A DNA stretch of 64,000 nt from a virus (IMGVR_UViG_3300032319_000936:116759-180758), one strand, 5' to 3'; numbered from the stretch's first letter, positions 1-10,671 are shown. The notes: a model not told the origin generated them from the letters alone. Translations and numbers: made by a program.

Positions 1-63
1 ACTAATTATCTAAAAGAAGAATTTCTTAGCAATTCAGCTAAGAATTAAAAATAAATATCAGAA

Positions 64-516
64 ATGAAGCATTTAATATTATTTGAAGATTACACATCTA
101 CTGAATTAGATCTAGATCCAAAGATCAGAGAAGAATATATTAAGAAATTGGAGGATCTGGTAAGCTTTCCTGATCTTTATCGGGACGATTTTGAAACATG
201 GATGGCAGTTATAGACGATGTGTCATCTAAATATTTGGATTCGGAAGAGATGTCTATCTCCAAACAAGAATATAATAAATTCCTAAAAGAATATAAAAGG
301 GTGAGGGATGCTAATTCGAGCCAATTTCTTTTAGATGGGTTTTTTATTGGGATAAGCGGGGAGGTACCGGATACAGATTATGAGGATCTAAACGAAAAAC
401 CAATAGAATGGTGGTTAAAAGAGTTATCAGTATTTCCTAAAGAAATTGCTTATATGGCTAAATCTGTATGGGATAATATTAACATCTTTCCTATAGAATT
501 TATCAGAATTAAATAA
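64..516 (+). CDS. Hypothetical protein with N-terminal MKHLILFEDY motif (possible head-packaged protein)
   Basis: 150-aa ORF and the only convincing plus-strand gene. Its N-terminus resembles the motif shared with other small proteins here. Confidence 0.7.
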   Translation: MKHLILFEDYTSTELDLDPKIREEYIKKLEDLVSFPDLYRDDFETWMAVIDDVSSKYLDSEEMSISKQEYNKFLKEYKRVRDANSSQFLLDGFFIGISGEVPDTDYEDLNEKPIEWWLKELSVFPKEIAYMAKSVWDNINIFPIEFIRIK

Positions 517-535
517 TAAAAGATCTGGACATGAT

Positions 536-763
536 TTAAACCTCTTGTTCAATTTCAAACTTATCCACATCTCTACCGACTATGAATTTTCCAACTAAAT
601 TATTATCCCTTTCTATTCTCATTCCAGCTAGTTCCAATCCTTCACCTATATTTATTAATGGCGGAAGCTTAACATAGTTTGCAGGTCCTCTTCGTTCATG
701 GATAGCTACTTTAAGTCCCGCTTGTAAAATTTCGGCTATTAATTTTCTTTTTTCAATTTCCAT
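536..763 (-). CDS. Hypothetical protein
   Basis: 75-aa ORF co-oriented with neighbours, with an A-rich leader. Confidence 0.6.
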   Translation of the reverse strand: MEIEKRKLIAEILQAGLKVAIHERRGPANYVKLPPLINIGEGLELAGMRIERDNNLVGKFIVGRDVDKFEIEQEV

Positions 764-849
764 TTGATACTATTTTACTTATCTTATTGATTTTGTAGTA
801 TTTTGTTTCACTTTGAAACTTAAAGGTAAATTCTGTATAAAATTTCTCC

Positions 850-1242
850 TTATCTTATTTTTATAGAATCTAAATAAATTATTAATTTCTTATCGGTCGG
901 TTCAACCGACAGATTTTTTTTAACAAAGATATCCCAGGAATCCTGACCATATTTTCCTATGCCGGGTAGCTCTGAAGGGTCATTGAAACCGTCTATCCAC
1001 CTTTGACTCATCTTTTTTATTCTATCCGCTTTTACGTTTTGGAATCCCGTAGACTTTAGACATTCCGATATTCTTTCTTTTTGACACAGAACAGCAGAGT
1101 TTGGATCTGGTATGATGCTGAATAGAATGTCTAAAATAGGTCTAACCTGTTTATTGTTTGTTTGGTTTAGACATATACAACAGACCATCATTCTCCATGG
1201 GTTGTCCAGATACTCCTCCTGTATTAATATTTCTCTGCCCAT
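850..1242 (-). CDS. MBD4-like HhH-GPD DNA glycosylase (G:T/G:U mismatch)
   Basis: LIQE..DNPWRMMVCCICLNQT, the HhH motif ELPGIGKYGQDSWDIF and PTDKKL match the MBD4 catalytic domain. Start moved to ATG 1242. Confidence 0.85.
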   Translation of the reverse strand: MGREILIQEEYLDNPWRMMVCCICLNQTNNKQVRPILDILFSIIPDPNSAVLCQKERISECLKSTGFQNVKADRIKKMSQRWIDGFNDPSELPGIGKYGQDSWDIFVKKNLSVEPTDKKLIIYLDSIKIR

Positions 1243-1270
1243 GTGGCAAATATAAGAAACACACCCGCAC

Positions 1271-1296
1271 AAAAAAAGCCGGTTGCCCGGCTTTTT
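1271..1296 (-). terminator. Intrinsic terminator downstream of dnaK (potentially bidirectional)
   Basis: Minus strand reads AAAAAGCCGG-GCAA-CCGGCTTTTTTT. Confidence 0.85.
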
Positions 1297-1312
1297 CTAT
1301 AATAACACTGGA

Positions 1313-2614
1313 TTATCCCTTAACCTCCTCAAACTCAACCTCTTCAGCTTCCGTGCTTGCAGAGCTAGTGGTTTCTCCAGCTTCGCCGGGGTTAGCTTGC
1401 TCCTGAGCATAAACTTTAGTGGAGATTTCTTGGAGTGCCTCGACTAGATCCTTGGTGCTAGATTCCATCTTTTCAACATCCTCACCTTTTATGGTCTCCT
1501 TAGCGGACTCTATCATAGAATTAATCTTAGCTCTTTCCTCCTCAGATGTCTTTTCCTCAAAGTCTTTAACCATTTTTTCAGCTTGGAAAATTAAGCCATC
1601 CAACTCATTCTTAACCTGGGATAGCTTAAGTCTTTCTTTATCTGCTTTCTCGTTAGCTAAAGCGTCGTCTTTCATCTTTTTGATTTCATCCTCTGATAGC
1701 TTATTACCAGCTTCAATCTTGATGTTCTGCTCTTTACCTGTTCCCTTGTCCTTAGCAGAAACACTAATGATACCGTTAGCATCAATATCAAAGGTAACTT
1801 CAATCTGAGGAACGCCTCTTGGAGCAGGAGGGACATCAGTTAGCATGAATCTTCCTAGAGTCTTGTTATCTGAAGCCATGGGTCTTTCACCCTGTAAAAC
1901 ATGGATTTCCACATTTGCCTGGTTATCAACAGCAGTAGAGAATGACTCGCTTTTTCTAATAGGAATAGTTGAGTTAGATTCAATCAATTTGGTGAATACA
2001 CCTCCCATTGTTTCAATACCTAAAGAAAGCGGAGTAACATCAAGCAAAAGAACGTCTGTGATTTCTCCTTTTAAAACTGCTCCCTGAACTGCTGCCCCAA
2101 TAGCAACAACCTCATCGGGATTCACGCTCTTATTTGGCTTCTTACCAAATAGCTTTTCTACTTCCTCTTGAACCTTAGGAATTCTTGTTGATCCACCAAC
2201 CAATAGAATCTCATCTATTTCAGAAACTTTAAGTTTGGAATCTTTGATAGCTTTTCTACAAGGGGCAAGTGTCTTCTGAATTAAATCGTCAATCATTTGC
2301 TCAAATTTAGCTCTTGAAAGTTTCCCTACAAAGTGCTTAGGTCCATCTGAAAGAGCGCTTAGATAAGGTAGGTTAATTTCTGTTTCTGATGAGTTCGATA
2401 ATTCTATTTTCGCCTTCTCAGCAGCTTCTCTAATACGTTGATAAGCCATTGGGTCCTTAGAGGCATCTATTCCAGTTTGAGACTTGAACTCATCCACGAT
2501 CCAATCAATAATCTTCTCATCGAAGTTGTCACCACCAAGATGTGTATCACCGTTAGTTGAAAGAACCTCAAATACACCGGAGCCTATCTCCAGGATCGAT
2601 ACGTCAAATGTACC
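1313..2614 (-). CDS. dnaK: DnaK/Hsp70 exon 2
   Basis: [41 protein letters not shown] and [15 protein letters not shown]. Joins exon 1 in frame after intron removal. Confidence 0.97.
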   Translation of the reverse strand, partial: GTFDVSILEIGSGVFEVLSTNGDTHLGGDNFDEKIIDWIVDEFKSQTGIDASKDPMAYQRIREAAEKAKIELSNSSETEINLPYLSALSDGPKHFVGKLSRAKFEQMIDDLIQKTLAPCRKAIKDSKLKVSEIDEILLVGGSTRIPKVQEEVEKLFGKKPNKSVNPDEVVAIGAAVQGAVLKGEITDVLLLDVTPLSLGIETMGGVFTKLIESNSTIPIRKSESFSTAVDNQANVEIHVLQGERPMASDNKTLGRFMLTDVPPAPRGVPQIEVTFDIDANGIISVSAKDKGTGKEQNIKIEAGNKLSEDEIKKMKDDALANEKADKERLKLSQVKNELDGLIFQAEKMVKDFEEKTSEEERAKINSMIESAKETIKGEDVEKMESSTKDLVEALQEISTKVYAQEQANPGEAGETTSSASTEAEEVEFEEVKG

Positions 2615-3615
<1,001 letters not shown>

Positions 3616-3735
3616 TTACTTTTTTTTTATTTTTAAAACTTTTATTTTTAACTCCGGATTTATAGAGCCGGGTCTCTGAGGATGTTTCACCCTCGTCTTT
3701 TCAATCTTTAATGATATAGGTTTAAAATCTTTCAT
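3616..3735 (-). CDS. Small basic 39-aa ORF upstream of dnaK
   Basis: Manual translation MKDFKPISLKIEKTRVKHPQRPGSINPELKIKVLKIKKK; stops 6 nt before the dnaK ATG. Confidence 0.35.
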   Translation of the reverse strand: MKDFKPISLKIEKTRVKHPQRPGSINPELKIKVLKIKKK

Positions 3736-3780
3736 TTTTTTGTAATTTTTAGGACAACAATTCAAAAAGATTGCCGCAAG

Positions 3781-3806
3781 AAAAAAGGAGACATAATGTC
3801 TCCTTT
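3781..3806 (-). terminator. Hairpin terminator
   Basis: Perfect inverted repeat AAAGGAGACAT/ATGTCTCCTTT followed by a U-run on the minus strand. Confidence 0.7.
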
Positions 3807-3835
3807 CCTTTTATTTATATGTCAAAATTTACATA

Positions 3836-4282
3836 TTATAAATTTCTAGACTCCTTAAGTTTGACAAATTCCCCGAATTTCTTAACTAGCTTCTTCTTTC
3901 TTTTGCTAGCAGCAGATGTTCCAACAGTTAGGCTGTCGAACTTATCGCCGGAGCCGGATAAGCTAGGATTATAGAATCCAGCATTAGTTCCACCGTTCTG
4001 GGGTGTAGCAGGATTTCCCATGCCTGGTGTAGCACCTAAAGTTGCTAAAGGAGCTGCCATACCTCCGTCCTCGTTTACTTGCATAGAGTAACCACACTCG
4101 TTTAGGTATTCATTTAACTGATCACAGGTAACACAATATCTGCTTTCATTTAACCAATTGTTCGTGCATTCCATAATACAAGCTTCGTCGCAAGATCCTA
4201 ATTTTTCATTAACAAGATCAGCGTTCTTTTTCATGCAGACCAATTCTCTGCCTTCTGTTGTTTTACCCGTTGGATAGTACAT
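3836..4282 (-). CDS. Hypothetical Cys-rich protein, possibly head-internal
   Basis: 148-aa ORF with repeated (L/V)NE sites, ATLGATPGMGN and a C-terminal VKKFGEF motif. Confidence 0.65.
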   Translation of the reverse strand: MYYPTGKTTEGRELVCMKKNADLVNEKLGSCDEACIMECTNNWLNESRYCVTCDQLNEYLNECGYSMQVNEDGGMAAPLATLGATPGMGNPATPQNGGTNAGFYNPSLSGSGDKFDSLTVGTSAASKRKKKLVKKFGEFVKLKESRNL

Positions 4283-4283
4283 T

Positions 4284-4511
4284 TTAATTCAGTATGTTTT
4301 TTATATTTCTTTCGAATATCCTTATCACGTTTCCAGTTTCATCTTTGGTAACATAGCCTATGATATCGTTATATGTATCGTAGATCGGTGAGCTTATTAG
4401 AAGCTTTCTCCCGTGATTATCAACGATCCATTTATTTAGGATCTTACTTTCCTTCTTTGGACCCATTCTATAGTCCTGGTAGTTGCTATCTGGAGCACCG
4501 CAATCACACAT
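4284..4511 (-). CDS. Hypothetical protein
   Basis: 75-aa ORF tightly packed in the operon. Confidence 0.6.
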   Translation of the reverse strand: MCDCGAPDSNYQDYRMGPKKESKILNKWIVDNHGRKLLISSPIYDTYNDIIGYVTKDETGNVIRIFERNIKNILN

Positions 4512-4513
4512 AA

Positions 4514-4870
4514 TTATTCCTTATCTTTATCGTCAAATGACACGCCAACTCTAATCGGTATACCATATTTATCAAAAGTTGTTTTTATATGGCCTACTGT
4601 TATCTTAACTTTGGTCTCTTTTTCTTTTATCTTTTCCAGACCATTTACTCTAATGACTATCTTTTCAAAGTCATCAAGGATCTTCTTATCAACCTTCTTC
4701 TCTAACCAATCCCAAGGGTTTTCGTCAGGTATCCAGCTGCCTTGTGGTATAGAAGCAGCTACCCCTATTAGGACGTAAACGTCTATCCACACCCACTCAA
4801 CACTGCCGCCGCTCCAAACTAGAGAGTCTCTATCGTCATTCCACGGTAAATAGTATTTATTATCTGGCAT
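4514..4870 (-). CDS. Hypothetical Trp-rich protein
   Basis: 118-aa ORF, operonic spacing. Confidence 0.65.
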   Translation of the reverse strand: MPDNKYYLPWNDDRDSLVWSGGSVEWVWIDVYVLIGVAASIPQGSWIPDENPWDWLEKKVDKKILDDFEKIVIRVNGLEKIKEKETKVKITVGHIKTTFDKYGIPIRVGVSFDDKDKE

Positions 4871-4977
4871 GTTATTATAATTCTTCTAAATTATCACCGC
4901 CTGCCTGTGATATCTTGTGTATAGTGTGACATTAACTGCATGCTATAACACAGAAGATATATTTGGGATAAAAATTA

Positions 4978-5124
4978 TTATCTTGGTCCCTCAGGTTTTT
5001 GCTCCTCTGTGGTTTGTTCCCTAACAATCTGATTAAAGAAATCAATAAGGGGTAAGCCATACTTAACTGGCATTTCTTGAATGAAAGCGTCTAACTGCTT
5101 TAAGTGTTCTTCGGTTAAGTTCAT
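4978..5124 (-). CDS. Small protein (48 aa), fibre-cassette accessory/chaperone-like
   Basis: Manual translation MNLTEEHLKQLDAFIQEMPVKYGLPLIDFFNQIVRE...; starts 3 nt after the previous stop. Missed by the ORF track. Confidence 0.65.
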   Translation of the reverse strand: MNLTEEHLKQLDAFIQEMPVKYGLPLIDFFNQIVREQTTEEQKPEGPR

Positions 5125-5127
5125 ATC

Positions 5128-5376
5128 TTATTTTATAATTGTTACTCCTATTGCATTCGCTACGCACTCAGTCACCCGCGAATTGTCCTCACCCCACGCT
5201 TCAAATTCAGCTGTGCTTAAAGTGTAGTTACCATTGCTTAGAACCTTGCCTTCGGTCTTTAGTTCATAATAGGTAGTGCAAGTAGTTGCGCTTGTTTCAA
5301 AATTGAGAATGAGTACACTCATCTCTGTTGCTGTTCCTGCATTTAAAGGAAAGACTATTGGTTGTATTTTAGCCAT
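5128..5376 (-). CDS. Tail-fibre-associated hypothetical protein
   Basis: 82-aa ORF coupled to the fibre cassette. Confidence 0.65.
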   Translation of the reverse strand: MAKIQPIVFPLNAGTATEMSVLILNFETSATTCTTYYELKTEGKVLSNGNYTLSTAEFEAWGEDNSRVTECVANAIGVTIIK

Positions 5377-5569
5377 TTTGTTGTTGTAATAATTCCCAAA
5401 TAATGTATGCTTCAGGTGCTGTATCGTACCATTGCCACCCGTCTATTGGCTCTCTGTTACCATCTCTTTCGAGTGTGTATGTTGCAGCGTAAACGAAGTG
5501 AGGGCCGTAGAACCAACCCTCTTCTGTCTGCTTGTAAAATCCACTTGTATCTTCCATAATATTATCCAA
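5369..5569 (-). CDS. Small tail-fibre-associated protein
   Basis: 66-aa ORF overlapping both neighbours; DGWQWYD motif. Confidence 0.6.
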   Translation of the reverse strand: MDNIMEDTSGFYKQTEEGWFYGPHFVYAATYTLERDGNREPIDGWQWYDTAPEAYIIWELLQQQNG

Positions 5570-6923
5570 CTATTACCCAGTTTTTACCTGTTGCTATTGC
5601 TCTTTCTCCTGCTGTTAATGCACTCGCTCCCCAGTTACCGGTTATCGTTATTGTCGCACTTGTTGTTGCTGTTCTGTCTACTAAATTATTAAACACTTCA
5701 ACAAGTGCTGTTCGTGAAAGTTGGCAGTTTAAAAGGCTTACTGTTCTTGCAAAAACCATAGGGCATCTATCCAAAGAAAAGTTGTTTTGAAAAATTGCTC
5801 CAAAATCCGTTCCGCTTGTTGTGGTAATTGATGTGGTAGAAAGTGCTGGAATAGAATTTACTGAACTACAACTCAAAAACATACCACTCATATTATTTAC
5901 AAGAGCTGTATTTAACAATGGTATTGATTGAAGTGAAGTACAACCACTAAACATAGATGAAATATTAGTAACTGCAGACGTGTTAAACAATGGTATTGTT
6001 ACTAATGATGAACAGTTTTGAAACATAGATGACATATTAGTAACTAACCCAGTATTAAACAATGGTACACTTTTTAATGATGAGCAACCTAAAAACATAG
6101 ATGAAATATTAGTAACTGCAGACGTGTTAAACAATGGGATAGATTTTAATGAAGCACAGCCATTAAACATAGATGACATATTTGTTACAGCAGATGTAAT
6201 AAATAACGGCACTGATTGTAAAGAAAAACATTGAGTAAACATTTGGCTCATATTTGTTACAGCAGATGTAATAAATAACGGCACTGATTGTAAAGAAAAA
6301 CATTGAGAAAACATTTGGCTCATATTTGTAACTGCAGAAGTATTAAATAATGGTACTGATTGTAATGAGGAAAACTGAAAGAATAAATTTGGTAATGAAT
6401 TACATCCTCCAATAGTTTTTATATCAAATCTCTCGCAATATGAATGTCTTATTATTGTGCTTCCTAATACTATGCTTGTGCTAACACTTGCATTAGGCAT
6501 TGATAAAATACAATCTAAAAAACCCGATGCGTATGCAGTAGTTTGAATTGGTGAAGTTACATAAGCTCTCTGTAAATCAATGATTCGAAGTAATCCACTT
6601 ACTGGAGTAACAACAATCATTGCTTGTTTGTAACCTCTACTCGTTAATGTAGCATTGCTAACAGTTGCGTAGTCGTATTGATATTGCGCAACCGTTCCGC
6701 TATTATGAAGCGTTACCGTTCCGTCTCCCCAGTCTACTTGATATTGTCCTGCACTTGTTGTAAATAGAAAAGCTGCAAAGTTCTGCCCTTCAGGAAAGAC
6801 AGCGTAAAGCCCTACAAATGTATCGTTGGCTGCTGTTACTGTTGGCATAGCTAGCCAGTCCGAAGGTCTAACCCATTCTGTATTACCGCTTGAAATCGGC
6901 AAACTAAAACTTCCTACTGCCAT
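5562..6923 (-). CDS. BspA/DUF285-type leucine-rich repeat protein (probable receptor-binding/adhesin)
   Basis: About 7-8 tandem 24-aa repeats PLFNTSAVTNMSSMFxxCxSLxS(V/I); PKD-like VDWGDG near the N-terminus. Confidence 0.8.
   Translation of the reverse strand: MAVGSFSLPISSGNTEWVRPSDWLAMPTVTAANDTFVGLYAVFPEGQNFAAFLFTTSAGQYQVDWGDGTVTLHNSGTVAQYQYDYATVSNATLTSRGYKQAMIVVTPVSGLLRIIDLQRAYVTSPIQTTAYASGFLDCILSMPNASVSTSIVLGSTIIRHSYCERFDIKTIGGCNSLPNLFFQFSSLQSVPLFNTSAVTNMSQMFSQCFSLQSVPLFITSAVTNMSQMFTQCFSLQSVPLFITSAVTNMSSMFNGCASLKSIPLFNTSAVTNISSMFLGCSSLKSVPLFNTGLVTNMSSMFQNCSSLVTIPLFNTSAVTNISSMFSGCTSLQSIPLLNTALVNNMSGMFLSCSSVNSIPALSTTSITTTSGTDFGAIFQNNFSLDRCPMVFARTVSLLNCQLSRTALVEVFNNLVDRTATTSATITITGNWGASALTAGERAIATGKNWVIVG
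5870..6370. repeat. 72-bp coding tandem repeats (LRR units)
   Basis: Units starting at 6177 and 6249 are nearly identical at the nucleotide level. Confidence 0.85.
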
Positions 6924-8290
6924 TAGTTAAAGATGTTAAATGTTACTGTTATATCTGCGCTTGGCAAGTTCGTTGCGTATAGCTTAACACTTCCTGCGCT
7001 GCTCAATGTCGCAGGCAATACTTGCGCTGCTTGTACTATTGCTATTGTGCTGTTAGCGGGTATAACGTCAACAATGCTTGTGCTTAAAATTGCTACGTTT
7101 GAATAGTTGTATTCGTATAAACCACTAACCAAACTCCAACTCGCAGCCGTTAACGTTACAGGTGTAACTTGTAACACGGTTAACCCTGTCGCAATCGTGA
7201 ATGTTCTGTTGGCTGATAAGTCTTGCGTTGTGCCGTTAATCGTGAGCGTTCGCGTTTCGGGAACTGGAGTAAATCCTAACGCGTTTTGCTTGCCGTTGAA
7301 AGTGGTCCAATCAGTAGAACTTAATGCGCCTCTATTCGTTGCGCTTGCCGTTGGTATATTCAGTGTTATTACAGGTGTTGTTGTACCCGTTGCAACAGTG
7401 CTTGTGATATTTGTTCCTGTAGTACCTATAGTCAATGCCGCTACGCTTGTAACCGTTCCCGTAACTATATTTACGTTACTGTAAAGAGATGTGCCATTTA
7501 CTGTAGCTAATGTAGGATTTTGAGGAAAAGTTATATAACAATTTGCATTTGTAAAAGAGGAAGGCGTTGTTGCAAGGTATCCTCCTACTGATATTATACA
7601 ATAAGTTCCATAGTCAACCGCATAGCCAGCAGTAGTAAAAACACAATATTCACCTGCTTGATTTCTAATAATAATAGAATTACCCCCAACCAGATTATTT
7701 ATGAAATAATTGTTCATAAGAGTAATGCCATCACTAGTGGTGTAGGAAATCCTCATTTCATATGGGTCACCTTCAGAGTACATGACATATACTTCTCCTG
7801 CACCTGGAACAACAGGGGAAGATGCTATAAATAGCCCATAATTGAAACCGCCAAATTTACCATTAAATTTATTCCAATCTGCTGAGGATAGTGCACCTCT
7901 ATTAACTGAGCTTGCTGTTGGTACATTAAGAGTGATAACTGGAGTAGTTGTGCTATTGGCGACCGTACTTGTCAAATCTGAACCGGTTGTTCCAATAGTC
8001 AAGGCAGCAACACTTACTACTGAACCTGGTCCAGTTGGGCCAGTTGGTCCAGCTACACCTTGAGGCCCAGTCGTTCCAGTAACACCTTGAGGTCCAGTTG
8101 GTCCGGCTACACCTTGAGGTCCAGTTGGCCCCGATGGACCCGCAGCACCTGTTACCCCACCACCACCTCCTATAAAGACCGGATCTCCTAGACCATTGAA
8201 ATAGTTACCAAATCCATCCGTTTGTAGGATGTTCTGGTAAGTGAATGATATCTTCTGGTCTGTAAGGTTGTATGCTGGATTGTTTGGCAT
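6923..8290 (-). CDS. Tail-fibre-like protein with collagen repeats and a duplicated 55-aa module
   Basis: GPTGPQGV repeats and two copies of [13 protein letters not shown]...NRGALSSxDWxxFNGK; T/S-rich. Confidence 0.75.
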   Translation of the reverse strand: MPNNPAYNLTDQKISFTYQNILQTDGFGNYFNGLGDPVFIGGGGGVTGAAGPSGPTGPQGVAGPTGPQGVTGTTGPQGVAGPTGPTGPGSVVSVAALTIGTTGSDLTSTVANSTTTPVITLNVPTASSVNRGALSSADWNKFNGKFGGFNYGLFIASSPVVPGAGEVYVMYSEGDPYEMRISYTTSDGITLMNNYFINNLVGGNSIIIRNQAGEYCVFTTAGYAVDYGTYCIISVGGYLATTPSSFTNANCYITFPQNPTLATVNGTSLYSNVNIVTGTVTSVAALTIGTTGTNITSTVATGTTTPVITLNIPTASATNRGALSSTDWTTFNGKQNALGFTPVPETRTLTINGTTQDLSANRTFTIATGLTVLQVTPVTLTAASWSLVSGLYEYNYSNVAILSTSIVDVIPANSTIAIVQAAQVLPATLSSAGSVKLYATNLPSADITVTFNIFN

Positions 8291-8301
8291 TTAAGCTGCA
8301 T

Positions 8302-9174
8302 TTAAGATTTACCCTTTATTTGTACTCTAACTTTCTTGGATTCCTCCACCCTAAATGCATTTTCCCATGGAGAAAATACAACATCGTCGACAACAACTTC
8401 TAAAGTAGCTCTTCCAGTTGTCCCCTGTGGGAGAACGACTAGTTTCTTAATTGGTATAATGCAAGTGCCATCCCTCTTTATTTTTCCATAGAACACTAGG
8501 TTCCAGGTATCAGTAATCAGTATTAATCTAGCGGTAGCTGTGCTTATGGTGCCCTCGATAGTCACTTTACACTCGAATACCTCGTCTCTGTCCCTATAGA
8601 AAGAATAATATTTAGAAATTGGCTCCACCGGAAGCTTTTCTGGTCTTGGCTTTAGCCCAATACCCTCAGTGTTTTGGAATCTTTCTATTCTTTGTTTTTC
8701 CGGAGAAGGATCTGGTTTTTTAAATTTTCCAGATCTCAAAACCTGCTGGAATGGGGTTAGTATCTCTTCTTCCTCAGCATCCTCTAACTCATCAGGTTCT
8801 ATAAAATCTATGTATTTCTCAGATGGGTCCTGGAAAGTGAAATTACCGCCTTCTAATTCTTCCTCGTCTTCAATCCCACAGATACATTCAGACTCATCCA
8901 TTTGACACTCGTTGCAAACAGGCTTAGGAGCTGGTCTTTTTTCCTTCCTTGGCGAATTCACATTTCTGTCTACCTCGGATATCTCCTCGAGTGAGGGTAT
9001 TTCCATTTTACCAAAAGAATCAGTCGGAACGTTTTTATTTATTTGAGAGGATTCTTCCTGTGGTGGTTGTGCTTCTATGAATCTTGCTCCCAAGGTAGAT
9101 CTAATCAAATCCTCTACGGACCCGTGTGTTCTCACTTGAGAACCACCAAACATATTATTCTGGAAGATATTCAA
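8302..9174 (-). CDS. Hypothetical protein (acidic N-terminus, beta-rich C-terminal domain)
   Basis: 290-aa ORF. Confidence 0.7.
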   Translation of the reverse strand: MNIFQNNMFGGSQVRTHGSVEDLIRSTLGARFIEAQPPQEESSQINKNVPTDSFGKMEIPSLEEISEVDRNVNSPRKEKRPAPKPVCNECQMDESECICGIEDEEELEGGNFTFQDPSEKYIDFIEPDELEDAEEEEILTPFQQVLRSGKFKKPDPSPEKQRIERFQNTEGIGLKPRPEKLPVEPISKYYSFYRDRDEVFECKVTIEGTISTATARLILITDTWNLVFYGKIKRDGTCIIPIKKLVVLPQGTTGRATLEVVVDDVVFSPWENAFRVEESKKVRVQIKGKS

Positions 9175-9185
9175 CTGCTCTCTAG

Positions 9186-9599
9186 TTATTTATAATCACC
9201 TTTCTCTTCTTTTCTCTCAAGGTAACCTATTAGGTACTTGATACCTTTTATATAATCCCTACTTCTTATAAAAGGTTTTGCAAATTTCTTAATGTCATTT
9301 CCGCTTCCCTCCGGTTGCTCAGCTGACTTTGGGGGATTGTATCTTCTCACAGTTCCGGACGGGTGTATGGTGTAGAAAGGAAAATCGTGACCCTTATCCT
9401 TAGCATGCCTTCTAGTCCTGATAAACTTCAAGGTGTTATTAAGCTCCTGTTGATCTGATGTGATCTCCTCAAACCCCATTCTGAGAAGCTCCTTGTAAGC
9501 AGGACTTCTTCTAGCAGAATTAAGGTTTAGCTCTCTCCTTAATTCGGATTTGTATTCATCCGCTGGATCGTAATCTGAAAAAGAAAGTACGTTTTTCAC
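9186..9599 (-). CDS. Hypothetical protein with N-terminal capsid-targeting-like motif
   Basis: Starts MKNVLSFSDY. Confidence 0.7.
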   Translation of the reverse strand: MKNVLSFSDYDPADEYKSELRRELNLNSARRSPAYKELLRMGFEEITSDQQELNNTLKFIRTRRHAKDKGHDFPFYTIHPSGTVRRYNPPKSAEQPEGSGNDIKKFAKPFIRSRDYIKGIKYLIGYLERKEEKGDYK

Positions 9600-9611
9600 T
9601 TTTGTTTATTA

Positions 9612-9680
9612 TTATTTTCCTTTATATGTTTCCAATTCTAATTGACCACTCGATGCTAATGTCTGTACTTTAGCAACCAT
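9612..9680 (-). CDS. Possible 22-aa micro-protein
   Basis: MVAKVQTLASSGQLELETYKGK fills the intergenic gap. Confidence 0.3.
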   Translation of the reverse strand: MVAKVQTLASSGQLELETYKGK

Positions 9681-9714
9681 ATTAGCGAGACGGGTAAGTG
9701 ATGAAATTGCGGGA

Positions 9715-10125
9715 CTATCGGTTTATATTTTCATTTACCCAGTCTCTATAATCTTTTAGATTCTGTAAATTCTTTTTACCTTTCTTTTTCTTCTTTACAT
9801 CCGGATCCAAGTAAGGAACTACTGGACCAGGACCGCTTGGAGAAAATTCTTCCGCACCGGTAACATTAACAAGTGGAACTATCGCTGTCTTTCCTCCGAC
9901 TGCTAATTCACCTTTTTCGTTAACTTCGTCCTCTTTTACGTAATGTGGAAGATTCTTTGTCTTGGTTGATGCAAAATCTTCTAATTGTTTCTTGGTCATT
10001 TTTTTAGCTAGTGCTAAAATTTCAGACTTGTACTTTGGGTTCAAATCTGATGGCTTAAGCTCTCCGGTCTTAATACCATAAGCAGACCCCATTAACCTTT
10101 GTTGGGCTTGACTTTGTGCTGGCAT
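9715..10125 (-). CDS. DUF3008-like protein
   Basis: MPAQSQAQQRLMG...MTKKQLEDFASTKTKNLP matches the DUF3008 pattern. Confidence 0.7.
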   Translation of the reverse strand: MPAQSQAQQRLMGSAYGIKTGELKPSDLNPKYKSEILALAKKMTKKQLEDFASTKTKNLPHYVKEDEVNEKGELAVGGKTAIVPLVNVTGAEEFSPSGPGPVVPYLDPDVKKKKKGKKNLQNLKDYRDWVNENINR

Positions 10126-10154
10126 ATTAAAAATATTTTTTTATTGGTATAGGC

Positions 10155-10162
10155 TATATATC
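10155..10162 (-). promoter_or_regulatory. Putative late promoter GATATATA
   Basis: Same octamer recurs 13-36 nt upstream of several genes. Confidence 0.65.
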
Positions 10163-10175
10163 AAAAAGGAAAGGC

Positions 10176-10403
10176 TTATAAATATAAGCCCTTCTTTTTC
10201 TTTTCCCACTCCTTCTGAGTGATTGGTTTGGAAGACAAGGTCCAGTTTGTATCCGGATTTATTATCTTCTTCTTTTTCTTTTTCCAATCAGAAAAAGTCC
10301 AGAGGAATCTATTGTATCCCTTCCCAACCGTCTCGAAGCCCTTGTCACCTGGTTGTATTGCAATAAGTGATTGCGGGGGTGCATAAAAAGATGTTTCAGC
10401 CAT
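10176..10403 (-). CDS. Small basic hypothetical protein
   Basis: 75-aa Lys-rich ORF. Confidence 0.65.
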   Translation of the reverse strand: MAETSFYAPPQSLIAIQPGDKGFETVGKGYNRFLWTFSDWKKKKKKIINPDTNWTLSSKPITQKEWEKKKKGLYL

Positions 10404-10425
10404 TTAATTAAATCAATTTTTCTTT

Positions 10426-10632
10426 CTAATTTACGACTGCTTCGATCCTTGTTTTTGCGATCTGCACAGTCTCAAAAGACATCATAGTGCCTTTCATATA
10501 TTCAGCAACTTTAGTCTCCGCTTCAATAACGGATTCTGCTGCTACTAAAAATTCAGATTTTCTAACAACCGGTTCGCCCTTTCTGCTAACTTCACCAGTT
10601 TCAAAATTTACTTTTGCTAAGTAGTAACTCAT
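10426..10632 (-). CDS. DUF4494-like protein (Bacteroidota-type)
   Basis: YLAKVNFE...FLVAAESVIEAETKV pattern. Confidence 0.65.
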   Translation of the reverse strand: MSYYLAKVNFETGEVSRKGEPVVRKSEFLVAAESVIEAETKVAEYMKGTMMSFETVQIAKTRIEAVVN

Positions 10633-10671
10633 TTTAATTTGTTTTAGATTGTTTATATATTCACTTTAAAT

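Noticed and set aside
5870-6370. CRISPR array or DGR template/variable repeats
   Set aside because: The repeats are in-frame coding LRR units without unique spacers, and no reverse transcriptase gene is in the window.
8030-8150. 27-bp tandem DNA repeat as a regulatory element
   Set aside because: Fully explained by collagen Gly-X-Y coding.
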